A stretch of DNA of 39,634 nt from Bdellovibrionales bacterium (GTDB taxonomy: Bacteria > Bdellovibrionota > Bdellovibrionia > Bdellovibrionales > DASUEL01), in the NCBI GenBank assembly GCA_050250255.1, contig JBFWOZ010000027.1:1-39634 (forward strand). Reading direction: 5' to 3'. The notes under the pieces are model-generated. The model saw nothing but the letters and a program-made list of their open reading frames with translations. It was not told the origin of the DNA and searched no databases. Each line of letters begins with the position of its first letter. Position 1 is the first letter of the stretch. Both the position numbers and the translations under genes were made by a program. Shown one piece after another: positions 17,133-24,961 of this stretch.

Positions 17133-19844
17133 TTAATGTGGCAACATACTTTCTGATGGTAAAAGGGAGGACGTCCCAAAGTGGGCGGTCGGCAGCCCAA
17201 ATGTGGGAACGTGGGGCGTAGGTATGTTAAAACTCTCTGTCGCCACCGCCTGGTATTTTTTCAATATTTTTTGCATCTTTTCCTTCTCATCAAAGAAGAC
17301 AATGATCAGTTCGTCGTCTTGCATTTCTTGAATGGCCGTTTCGACGGCCTTCTCTTCGTCCAATACAATTTTGAACGGCTTTTTAGGGTCTACTTTATTT
17401 ACGATGGATTTTAATAAAAGAGGGATTTCGGAAGGCTTCCGGCCTCTTAAGTCATGATCATCTCTTGCAACAATCTTGTCGAAGTTTTGGGCTGCGATTT
17501 CTAAAGATTTTCGGATGAGTTCATCATTTCGATCCCCTGGAACTCCAACGACACCTGTCACTCTTCTGGGCCAATGTTGGGCCATCCCACTTATCGCAGT
17601 GAAGGCGGCAGGATTATGTCCATAATCAATAATTAAATAACCCTTAGGAAGCTTGAAAAGGTTAACGCGCCCGTTGTTGTGATGAATTGCATGAAACTCA
17701 AATAGAGCTTGCTTAATAGCATAAACATTCATGTTTTGGGCGAGTGCTGTGGCGACGGAGGCCATGACATTTTCTACTTGGAATTTCGCTAGTCCTCCCA
17801 GTGTGAGAGGAATATCCGCCACTTTCGCAAATGATTTCGCGATGCCATCTCGTGAATAATAAATCCATAGCCCATCCGTGAAAAGGGCTATTCCCCCTGC
17901 TCGCTGATGCTCTTTTATGAGTGGATTGTTTTTGTCAGTGGAAAAGAGAATGACGGCTTCGCGACCACGTTTTTCAATTTGGGCTCTTGCCATATCAGCA
18001 AGAAGAGCATCCTCCGCATTTAAAATAAGTATACCTTGAGGCGAAAGACAATCAACAATGAGTGATTTAATTCGTAAAATGTCTTCGAGGGTTTCAATCC
18101 CATCTTGTCCAATATGGTCTTCTGCAATGTTTGTGATTACGGCGACATCACATTGATCAAATCCGAGGCCACGACGAACGATTCCGCCGCGAGCCGTTTC
18201 TAGGACGGCAATATCAACTGCTGGATCATTGAGCACAACTTGCGCGGAGGTAGGTCCAGAAGTATCTCCGCTCATTACTTTTTGAGAACCAATATAGATG
18301 CCGTCAGAACTTGTAAAACCTACGGTGCCTAGTTTACTGAGAATAAAACTTGTGAGTCTTGAGACCGTTGTTTTTCCATTTGTACCCGTGATGGCAATAA
18401 CTGGAATACGGACCGGTTCCTCTTCTGGAAAGACGGTTGCTAAAATGGCGCTGCCCACATCGCGCGGTTTTCCCATTGAAGGAAAAATATGCATACGTAA
18501 ACCAGGGCTTGCATTAAGTTCTATGATACCGAGCTCTTGGTCTAATGACTTAGAGATGTCTTCGGCGATCAGATCAACACCACAGACATCAAGAGCAATG
18601 GCAGCGGCCGCTCTTTCGCAGAGCAATCGAATGTCAGGGTGAATTTCATCGGTGACATCTATAGCGTACCCGCCGGTAGATAAATTCGCAGTTTCTCTTA
18701 AAACGATCGATTCACCTTTGGCAGGGATATCTTCGAGTGTCAGTCCTTTACGATTTAAAAAATTTCGCAGAGCTTCGTCTATTTTAATCATCGTCATTGG
18801 CATTTCGTGTCCGGAGCCTCGAAGTGGGTTTAAATTTTCTTTCTCAATGAGTTGCTCAATGGAAAGTTGATTGTCACCTACAACGGTAGGTGGTAGGCGC
18901 TGTGACGCGGCGACCACTTTCTGATTCACGACTAGGACACGATAGTCTTTCCCACGAAGATATTGCTCGACTAAAATCGATGAACGAATTTTTTGTGCGA
19001 AAGAAAAAGCTTTTTTTATTTGTTCTGGAGTAGTGACATTCAGTGTGATTCCACGTCCTTGCTGAGCATCGAGAGGTTTTACCGCAACGGCACCACCAAA
19101 ATCTTCGAGCGCCTGCAGCGCCTCTTGTTCTGATCTCACTACAAAGCCTTTTGGAACTTTAATTCCTGCATTTTCCAGAAGTTGTTTGGTGAGGTTTTTA
19201 TCTTGGGCCAATTCTACGGAAATATAACTCGTCTGTTCGGTAGTGGTGGCTTGAATGAATTTTCTTTTCTTCCCGTAACCTAATTGAATAAGACTTGAAT
19301 CGTTCAAACGTTTCCAAGGAATATTTCTGCGAATCGCCGCATCGATAATCGACTGAGTGCTGGGACCAAAAGCCTCAGCGGCCACGATTTCTTTTACTTT
19401 TTTCATTTCTATTTCAAAGTGGGGAAATGGTTTATGTTCAGCAAGAGCTTTGGCAATATCTGTGGCAATATGTAATAGCTGTTTCATTCCTTTTTCTGAC
19501 TTGTAGCGAATAATGATTTTATAGACACCTTCGCGCCCACCATAAATGGTTTTTCCATAACCCACTTCAATGCCAGCTAAAGTGCTTAGCTCAAGAGCGA
19601 TATGCTCAATAATATGTCCAAAGTAGGTTCCACGATGGAGTCGTTCGACAAAACCCCCTTCGTAACCCGGCGAACAGCGATGAGAATGGAGCCCAGGGAG
19701 CATTTCCAGGAGGGCGGGAATAAACCCTTCGATTTTTTCACTGGATATTTCTGCATAATATCCTAAATCCAAAGTCATAACCATGACGGACTTACGATGA
19801 TAAATGTTAGGACCTACGATAGTTTGAATGTTTTGAATTTTCAT
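17133..19844 (-). CDS. cphA: Cyanophycin synthetase CphA1
   Basis: N domain (GPN...HxC...HIIEH), ATP-grasp (VKPLD..QGRG, ANLSTGG, ELNASPG) and Mur-ligase domain (ITGTNGKTT, ETARGG, DYGHN); 903 aa. Confidence 0.96.
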   Translation of the reverse strand: MKIQNIQTIVGPNIYHRKSVMVMTLDLGYYAEISSEKIEGFIPALLEMLPGLHSHRCSPGYEGGFVERLHRGTYFGHIIEHIALELSTLAGIEVGYGKTIYGGREGVYKIIIRYKSEKGMKQLLHIATDIAKALAEHKPFPHFEIEMKKVKEIVAAEAFGPSTQSIIDAAIRRNIPWKRLNDSSLIQLGYGKKRKFIQATTTEQTSYISVELAQDKNLTKQLLENAGIKVPKGFVVRSEQEALQALEDFGGAVAVKPLDAQQGRGITLNVTTPEQIKKAFSFAQKIRSSILVEQYLRGKDYRVLVVNQKVVAASQRLPPTVVGDNQLSIEQLIEKENLNPLRGSGHEMPMTMIKIDEALRNFLNRKGLTLEDIPAKGESIVLRETANLSTGGYAIDVTDEIHPDIRLLCERAAAAIALDVCGVDLIAEDISKSLDQELGIIELNASPGLRMHIFPSMGKPRDVGSAILATVFPEEEPVRIPVIAITGTNGKTTVSRLTSFILSKLGTVGFTSSDGIYIGSQKVMSGDTSGPTSAQVVLNDPAVDIAVLETARGGIVRRGLGFDQCDVAVITNIAEDHIGQDGIETLEDILRIKSLIVDCLSPQGILILNAEDALLADMARAQIEKRGREAVILFSTDKNNPLIKEHQRAGGIALFTDGLWIYYSRDGIAKSFAKVADIPLTLGGLAKFQVENVMASVATALAQNMNVYAIKQALFEFHAIHHNNGRVNLFKLPKGYLIIDYGHNPAAFTAISGMAQHWPRRVTGVVGVPGDRNDELIRKSLEIAAQNFDKIVARDDHDLRGRKPSEIPLLLKSIVNKVDPKKPFKIVLDEEKAVETAIQEMQDDELIIVFFDEKEKMQKILKKYQAVATESFNIPTPHVPTFGLPTAHFGTSSLLPSESMLPH

Positions 19845-19884
19845 ACATCCTTTATTTGCTCGGCGAATGGGTTTTCGCTGTCTT

Positions 19885-19902
19885 TAGCAGAAAGCTTGCC
19901 AA
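19885..19902 (-). promoter_or_regulatory. sigma54-type promoter candidate for cphA
   Basis: Minus strand ttGGcaagctttctGCta, i.e. TGGCA...TGC with exact 10-nt spacing. Confidence 0.6.
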
Positions 19903-20081
19903 ACTTTGTGAAAATGAATGGCCTTAGACTTTGTGCTGATGAGGCATGTTGTCACATCATGGGTTTTTCTGCCCCAACCTACAATTCAGTTGCCTTTCAA
20001 TAGCCCTCTTCTTTGTGCACAGCAGTTGCAAAGAAGACGAACGAAGTTTCCTCAAAACCAAAAAAGAAAGGGTAATTTCTA

Positions 20082-20633
20082 ATGACAATTTATGAAGCAC
20101 TTGAAACTGATCATCGTAAAGTTAAACAATTATTAATTAGACTTGTTGGCATAACAGATAAAAATGCAAGCGAGCGTCATGACCTTATTTCACAGATTCG
20201 AGATGAATTGATCCCACACGCTCGTGCTGAAGAATCTATTTTTTATAACAGTATGCGTGAGTTAGAATCTGGCAATGAAGAAGTTATGCATGGATATAAA
20301 GAACATATGGAAGCGGAAACCTTACTTCGGATGCTCCAAGTACGTGACAAGATTGATATGGAGTGGAAAAAAACTGCTCAACAATTAAAAGACGCTCTTG
20401 AGCACCACATTCAGGAAGAAGAAAGTAAAATTTTTTCGGTAGCCCGCCGACTTTTTACAGAAGAAGAAGCTCGAATGATGGGCCAGGCATTTGAAAAATT
20501 AAAAATGGAAGTAAAAGATGAAGGATTCATGAAGACAACCGTGGACTTGGTCACAAATCTTATGCCGCCTCGTTTGACGTCTCTTTTTAAATCCAAGGGA
20601 TCGAAATCACAATCGATAGGCCGCACGGCTTAA
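20082..20633 (+). CDS. Hemerythrin/HHE cation-binding domain protein
   Basis: L..DH, HARAEE..FY, EH and HHIQEEE..IF motifs. Confidence 0.9.
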   Translation: MTIYEALETDHRKVKQLLIRLVGITDKNASERHDLISQIRDELIPHARAEESIFYNSMRELESGNEEVMHGYKEHMEAETLLRMLQVRDKIDMEWKKTAQQLKDALEHHIQEEESKIFSVARRLFTEEEARMMGQAFEKLKMEVKDEGFMKTTVDLVTNLMPPRLTSLFKSKGSKSQSIGRTA

Positions 20634-20710
20634 TTTTTTACGAGCTAAAAGATATATATGTACATAGCTCTCACGTTTAAAAGATAATTCACTCCAAGGG
20701 CGTGAGAGTT

Positions 20711-21592
20711 ATGACAATTGCGAAAAAATCTAAAACAAAACCTACAAAAAAAAACAATGTTCAAAAAGAGCTTATTAATCAAAAGTTAAGAACGAGAAAA
20801 GCTCATAAAGCTAAGGGTGTCCTCATTATCATTGGTGGTAATGAAGACAAAGAGCAGCAGATGGACATACTGAAGCTCGTAGCTCAAAGAGCGGGTAGAG
20901 GGAAAATTGTCGTCGTAACTGCGGCAAGTGAGATTCCTCACGAAGTTTGGCCAATATATCGGAACGTTTTTAAAAGTTTTAATGTAGACTCAGCTCATTT
21001 ACATATTGAACAGCCAGCGGATTATTCAAGCAAACATTACGAAACCATTTTTGATGGGGCCACTGCCGTATTTTTTACGGGAGGGGATCAGCTTAAGATC
21101 ACAACCAAAATTGGAGGGTCAATGATTTTTGGTCGCATACGAGAGATTTTTAAAAAGGGTGGTCTCGTTGCCGGAACATCGGCCGGGGCGGCGATCATGG
21201 GTGAGCTTATGTTGGTAGGTACTGAAAATACAGAATCCCATAAAGTTGGTCATTGGATGATGGCACCAGGATTAGGGTTTACAAAAAGTATTATCATTGA
21301 TCAGCACTTTGCTCAACGCGCACGCATTGGCCGACTTCTTAAAGCCATCGCAGTCAACCCTGGAATTTTGGGTGTGGGTATTGATGAAAACACTGCGATC
21401 GTTGTAGAAAATGAAGGTTTTCAGGTGGTTGGTGAAAACGCGGTCTACGTCATTGACGGAACCCATATTTCTTATACGAATGTCGCGGAGGCCAGTCTGC
21501 AACAAGCAATGTCGATGCATGATGTACGGTTACACATACTTTCCAACGGTGAATTTTTTGATCTCTCGACTCGGCAGGCACGCAGCTCTTAA
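20711..21592 (+). CDS. cphB: Cyanophycinase (peptidase S51)
   Basis: IIGGNEDK, FTGGDQ, GTSAGA (Ser), IDQHF (His) and GIDENT (Glu). Start is ATG 20711 or GTG 20702. Confidence 0.93.
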   Translation: MTIAKKSKTKPTKKNNVQKELINQKLRTRKAHKAKGVLIIIGGNEDKEQQMDILKLVAQRAGRGKIVVVTAASEIPHEVWPIYRNVFKSFNVDSAHLHIEQPADYSSKHYETIFDGATAVFFTGGDQLKITTKIGGSMIFGRIREIFKKGGLVAGTSAGAAIMGELMLVGTENTESHKVGHWMMAPGLGFTKSIIIDQHFAQRARIGRLLKAIAVNPGILGVGIDENTAIVVENEGFQVVGENAVYVIDGTHISYTNVAEASLQQAMSMHDVRLHILSNGEFFDLSTRQARSS

Positions 21593-21653
21593 CGCACAGA
21601 GCCCACTCCCATTTCCTTGCGACCACATATCGAGATTGTTACATTGACTCAAT

Positions 21654-22544
21654 ATGGAATTTGGAAAGCTTGAAAGTATTGAGCACATTTCTTGGTCTTT
21701 ACCCGCAGACGATCTGCTAACGCAACCCTTTCTCGCTTCGCTTGGTGCTCAAAAAAATCAAACAAAATTCTATATTGGTGCTCCCGCATGGGGACGAAAA
21801 GAATGGATCGGGCAAATTTATCCGCCCAAAACTGCGGCAACAGATTTTCTTTATCATTATTCGCGTAATTTTAATTGTATCGAACTCAATACCACTCACT
21901 ACCGTATTCCCACTCATACAACGGTGCAAACATGGCTCGATAAAGTACCTTCTGACTTTTTGTTTTGCCCCAAGATACCTCAGTTGATTTCCCATGACCC
22001 TGGGGGATTAAGAGATGAAAAGTTTTTTGCGTTATGGATGGAGGCACTAAACACCTTTGGTGCACATTTAGGTCCTTGTTTTATGCAACTGCCGCCTCAT
22101 TTTGGATACGAGCGAAAAGCCGAACTTTTTCATTTCTTACAAAAGTGGCCCGAGACGATTGAGCTTTCGCTAGAGCTTCGCCACCCTTCTTGGTTTCAAC
22201 ACAACCGTATACTTCCGGCCCTTGTCGAATATCTCCAAAGTCGAAAAATTGGGCTTGTGATCACCGATGTTGCAGGGAGAAGAGATGTTTTGCACACATC
22301 CATCTCATCAAATTTTTCCATATTGCGCTTTATTGGTAACGATTTGCACCCAAGTGATTTTGAGCGCGCAAAAATGTGGAGCGATCGAATATCGCAGTGG
22401 CGTGAGTGGGGGCTTCCCCGATTTTTCTTTATGGTTCATGAGCCTGATGACATTAAAACGCCTCAAATGACCGCGTGGTTGGTACACGAACTCAATGAAA
22501 ATTGCGGCGCCGATTTAAAACCGTTAACACAATCGCTCGTTTGA
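21654..22544 (+). CDS. DUF72 family protein
   Basis: IELNTTHYRIP, F.FCPKIP..ISH, QLPP.F and ELRHPSWF motifs. Confidence 0.9.
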   Translation: MEFGKLESIEHISWSLPADDLLTQPFLASLGAQKNQTKFYIGAPAWGRKEWIGQIYPPKTAATDFLYHYSRNFNCIELNTTHYRIPTHTTVQTWLDKVPSDFLFCPKIPQLISHDPGGLRDEKFFALWMEALNTFGAHLGPCFMQLPPHFGYERKAELFHFLQKWPETIELSLELRHPSWFQHNRILPALVEYLQSRKIGLVITDVAGRRDVLHTSISSNFSILRFIGNDLHPSDFERAKMWSDRISQWREWGLPRFFFMVHEPDDIKTPQMTAWLVHELNENCGADLKPLTQSLV

Positions 22545-22653
22545 GAATTAAACTGTCTGACCGAACTTTCTAGTTTTGCGAACCATTTCTTTTTCGTCAG
22601 AGTCATGATTTTTTTGATTTCAAAAAACTAACCATCGTCAAAAAGCTGAGTTG

Positions 22654-22670
22654 CGGCATCATCATTGCAT
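22654..22670 (+). promoter_or_regulatory. sigma54-type promoter candidate for osmC-sodB
   Basis: cGGcatcatcattGCat, i.e. GGCA...TTGCA with exact spacing. Confidence 0.65.
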
Positions 22671-22755
22671 TTTTAAGGTTGTTATCTTTAAAACGACAGC
22701 AATGGCGTAAGCCGTTCTGTTTTGCCCCACATGGCTTTAGGAAAGGACAAAAATC

Positions 22756-23205
22756 ATGAAACGAATAGCAGTAGTCGAATGGCGAGGAAATTTAAAAGAG
22801 GGAAAAGGAAAGATCAGCACCGAAAGTGGGGCTCTTTCTGAGATCCCATATTCTTTTGGAATGCGATTTGAAAATGAAAAAGGCACCAATCCCGAAGAAC
22901 TGATCGCGGCAGCTCATGCAGGATGTTTTTCTATGGCCCTAGCAGGCGCTTTAGAGAAAGATCGCTTTCCTGCAAAAAGTTTGAAGGTCGAAGCACAAGT
23001 AAGTCTCGCAAAGAGTGGCGATGCTTGGTCCATTCCAAACATTCATCTCAGCGTTGATGCTGAAGTGCCGATGATTTCCGAAGAACAATTTCAACAAATT
23101 GCGGATAAAACAAAAGAAACTTGCCCTGTTTCGAAAGTTTTAAATGCCAAGATAACTCTTGAAACCCGTCTTAATACACAGGCTCGTGTAGCCTTGGGAG
23201 CATAA
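22756..23205 (+). CDS. osmC: OsmC family peroxiredoxin
   Basis: W.G.LKEGKG, GTNPEELIAAAHAGCFSMAL and CPVSK motifs. Confidence 0.95.
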   Translation: MKRIAVVEWRGNLKEGKGKISTESGALSEIPYSFGMRFENEKGTNPEELIAAAHAGCFSMALAGALEKDRFPAKSLKVEAQVSLAKSGDAWSIPNIHLSVDAEVPMISEEQFQQIADKTKETCPVSKVLNAKITLETRLNTQARVALGA

Positions 23206-23207
23206 CT

Positions 23208-23858
23208 ATGGCGATCCAGCAGCAACCACTTCCTTATGAATTAGGGGCTCTCGAGCCGCATATGTCGACCGAGACCTTGCAATATCATTATGGAAAACAT
23301 CACAAGACCTACGTAGAAAAAACGAACCAGCTTATACAGGGCACTCGTTTTGATAACATGGAATTAAGTCAACTTGTTCTCGTATCCTATGAGCAAGGGA
23401 AGAGTACAAAAGTGTATAACAACGCAGCTCAGGCTTGGAATCATGACTTTTTTTGGAAGTGTCTATCACCCCATCAGCAGAAACCGTCTGACCCATTGAA
23501 ATCTCTTTTGGCGCATAGTTTTGGTTCTTACGATGATTTTTTAAAAACCTTTACGAATAAAGCAGTCGAGCTTTTTGGTTCCGGTTGGACATGGCTTGTG
23601 AAAAAAGAAGATGGAACTTTAGGAATCGTGCCAATGAGTAATGCGGGTACTCCACTTGTGAGAGGTGAGGTGCCGCTCTTAACTTGTGACGTTTGGGAAC
23701 ATGCCTACTATATTGATCATCGCAACGAGCGGCCAAAGTTTTTGGAAAGTTTCTGGAATTTGGTCAATTGGGAATTTGTAGAGAAAAATCTTGAACAGTC
23801 GCCATTTACTATAAGGGAACCTACTACTGAGTTAAAATCCTCATTGCTTTATAATTAA
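23208..23858 (+). CDS. sodB: Superoxide dismutase, Fe-type signature
   Basis: HYGKHH, NNAAQAWNH (AAQ Fe-type), FGSGW and DVWEHAYY motifs. Confidence 0.92.
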   Translation: MAIQQQPLPYELGALEPHMSTETLQYHYGKHHKTYVEKTNQLIQGTRFDNMELSQLVLVSYEQGKSTKVYNNAAQAWNHDFFWKCLSPHQQKPSDPLKSLLAHSFGSYDDFLKTFTNKAVELFGSGWTWLVKKEDGTLGIVPMSNAGTPLVRGEVPLLTCDVWEHAYYIDHRNERPKFLESFWNLVNWEFVEKNLEQSPFTIREPTTELKSSLLYN

Positions 23859-23914
23859 ACTTTTTAAAGCTATGACTGACGGCGCCTTTAATTTTTTTAT
23901 CATCAAAAAACTGC

Positions 23915-23953
23915 CAACTTGTCATTCGTACAAGGTCTCTGAATGACAAGTTG
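23915..23953. terminator. Perfect 13-bp inverted repeat (terminator or REP-like hairpin) downstream of sodB
   Basis: caacttgtcattc-N13-gaatgacaagttg followed by tctttt. Confidence 0.55.
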
Positions 23954-23996
23954 TCTTTTCTAAAGCTATAGAGGCGTCTTTATGCATTCTGGACTT

Positions 23997-24013
23997 TGGT
24001 ACTACCGTTGCAA
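23997..24013 (+). promoter_or_regulatory. sigma54-type promoter candidate
   Basis: tGGtactaccgttGCaa, close to the TGGCAC-N5-TTGCA consensus. Confidence 0.7.
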
Positions 24014-24053
24014 TTTGAGCCAGAGTCACTAAACATAAACAACAGGAGTAAAA

Positions 24054-24767
24054 ATGTTTTCACGTATTTTATTATTCGTCGTTAGTTTCGCTATCATTCA
24101 ACCTTCGACATCTTACGCAGAGCGAATTGTGCTTGAGCAGCGAGCCATTCAAACTTTGTTTATTCCTGTCGGCTTTGATAACAACGATAATTCACAGGTT
24201 GTGGCGGATGGATTTCTTCCGAACCCATGCTATAAAATAGGTCCACATACAGTAAAAGTCGACCGTGCCGCTAAAGTTGTACTCCTACAACAGCAAGTAT
24301 ACAAAAATATTGGTAGAGTCTGTCCTCAGGTCCTCGTGCCTTACACTACTGTTTTTAACCTCGGAGTTCTTGAGGATGGAAACTATACAATCAAAGATTT
24401 GACAAATAATAAAACTCTCGGAAAAGTCTCTGTTAAAAAAGCCCTGAACCAGGGGCCCGATGACTATTTTTATGCTCCGGTCGCCGATGCACGAGTCGAT
24501 ATTCCCAACATGACAGTGATCGTTGAGGGAGTGTATACTGATGATTGCCTCGATCTCGAACAAATGAAAATTTTTATGTCACCAGAAAATGTTGTTATCG
24601 TTCAGCCGATACTTAAAGCGTGGAGCGGCGGCCGCTCGTGCAAGAAGGGAAAATTTCCTTTTAAGTACACAAGACCTTTGCCTCAATTAGAAGGTGGCGT
24701 TTACCTTCTCCATGTTAGAGGGATGAGCGGTCTTTCCATTAACAAAACTTTCGAATTTTACTACTAG
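24054..24767 (+). CDS. Secreted hypothetical protein, two similar beta-rich halves
   Basis: SD aggag; signal peptide (SYA); PVGFDNNDN...G..PNPCY motif; a G....C...C...G.Y pattern recurs in each half. Confidence 0.78.
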   Translation: MFSRILLFVVSFAIIQPSTSYAERIVLEQRAIQTLFIPVGFDNNDNSQVVADGFLPNPCYKIGPHTVKVDRAAKVVLLQQQVYKNIGRVCPQVLVPYTTVFNLGVLEDGNYTIKDLTNNKTLGKVSVKKALNQGPDDYFYAPVADARVDIPNMTVIVEGVYTDDCLDLEQMKIFMSPENVVIVQPILKAWSGGRSCKKGKFPFKYTRPLPQLEGGVYLLHVRGMSGLSINKTFEFYY

Positions 24768-24794
24768 TTATATTCTGTCTTTGAATTCTTTAAA

Positions 24795-24830
24795 CGGGTC
24801 CTGAGTCCCCCTCATGGGCCCGATTTTTTT
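24795..24830 (+). terminator. Rho-independent terminator
   Basis: cgggtcc-tgag/ctca-gggcccg stem followed by T7. Confidence 0.7.
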
Positions 24831-24961
24831 GCCAATGAAAACCATCGTATTTGACTGACATTTTGTCATAGCTCTAAATTGACAATTTGACCCATTCATT
24901 TGATTTTAACAAAACAGGCGCTTTTGAGCACTGGCATTGTTTGTGAAAACTCAATGAGAGA

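Noticed and set aside
24900..24913. FNR box upstream of ccoI (TTGAT-ttta-ACAAA)
   Set aside because: The right half-site deviates from ATCAA; not supportable on its own.
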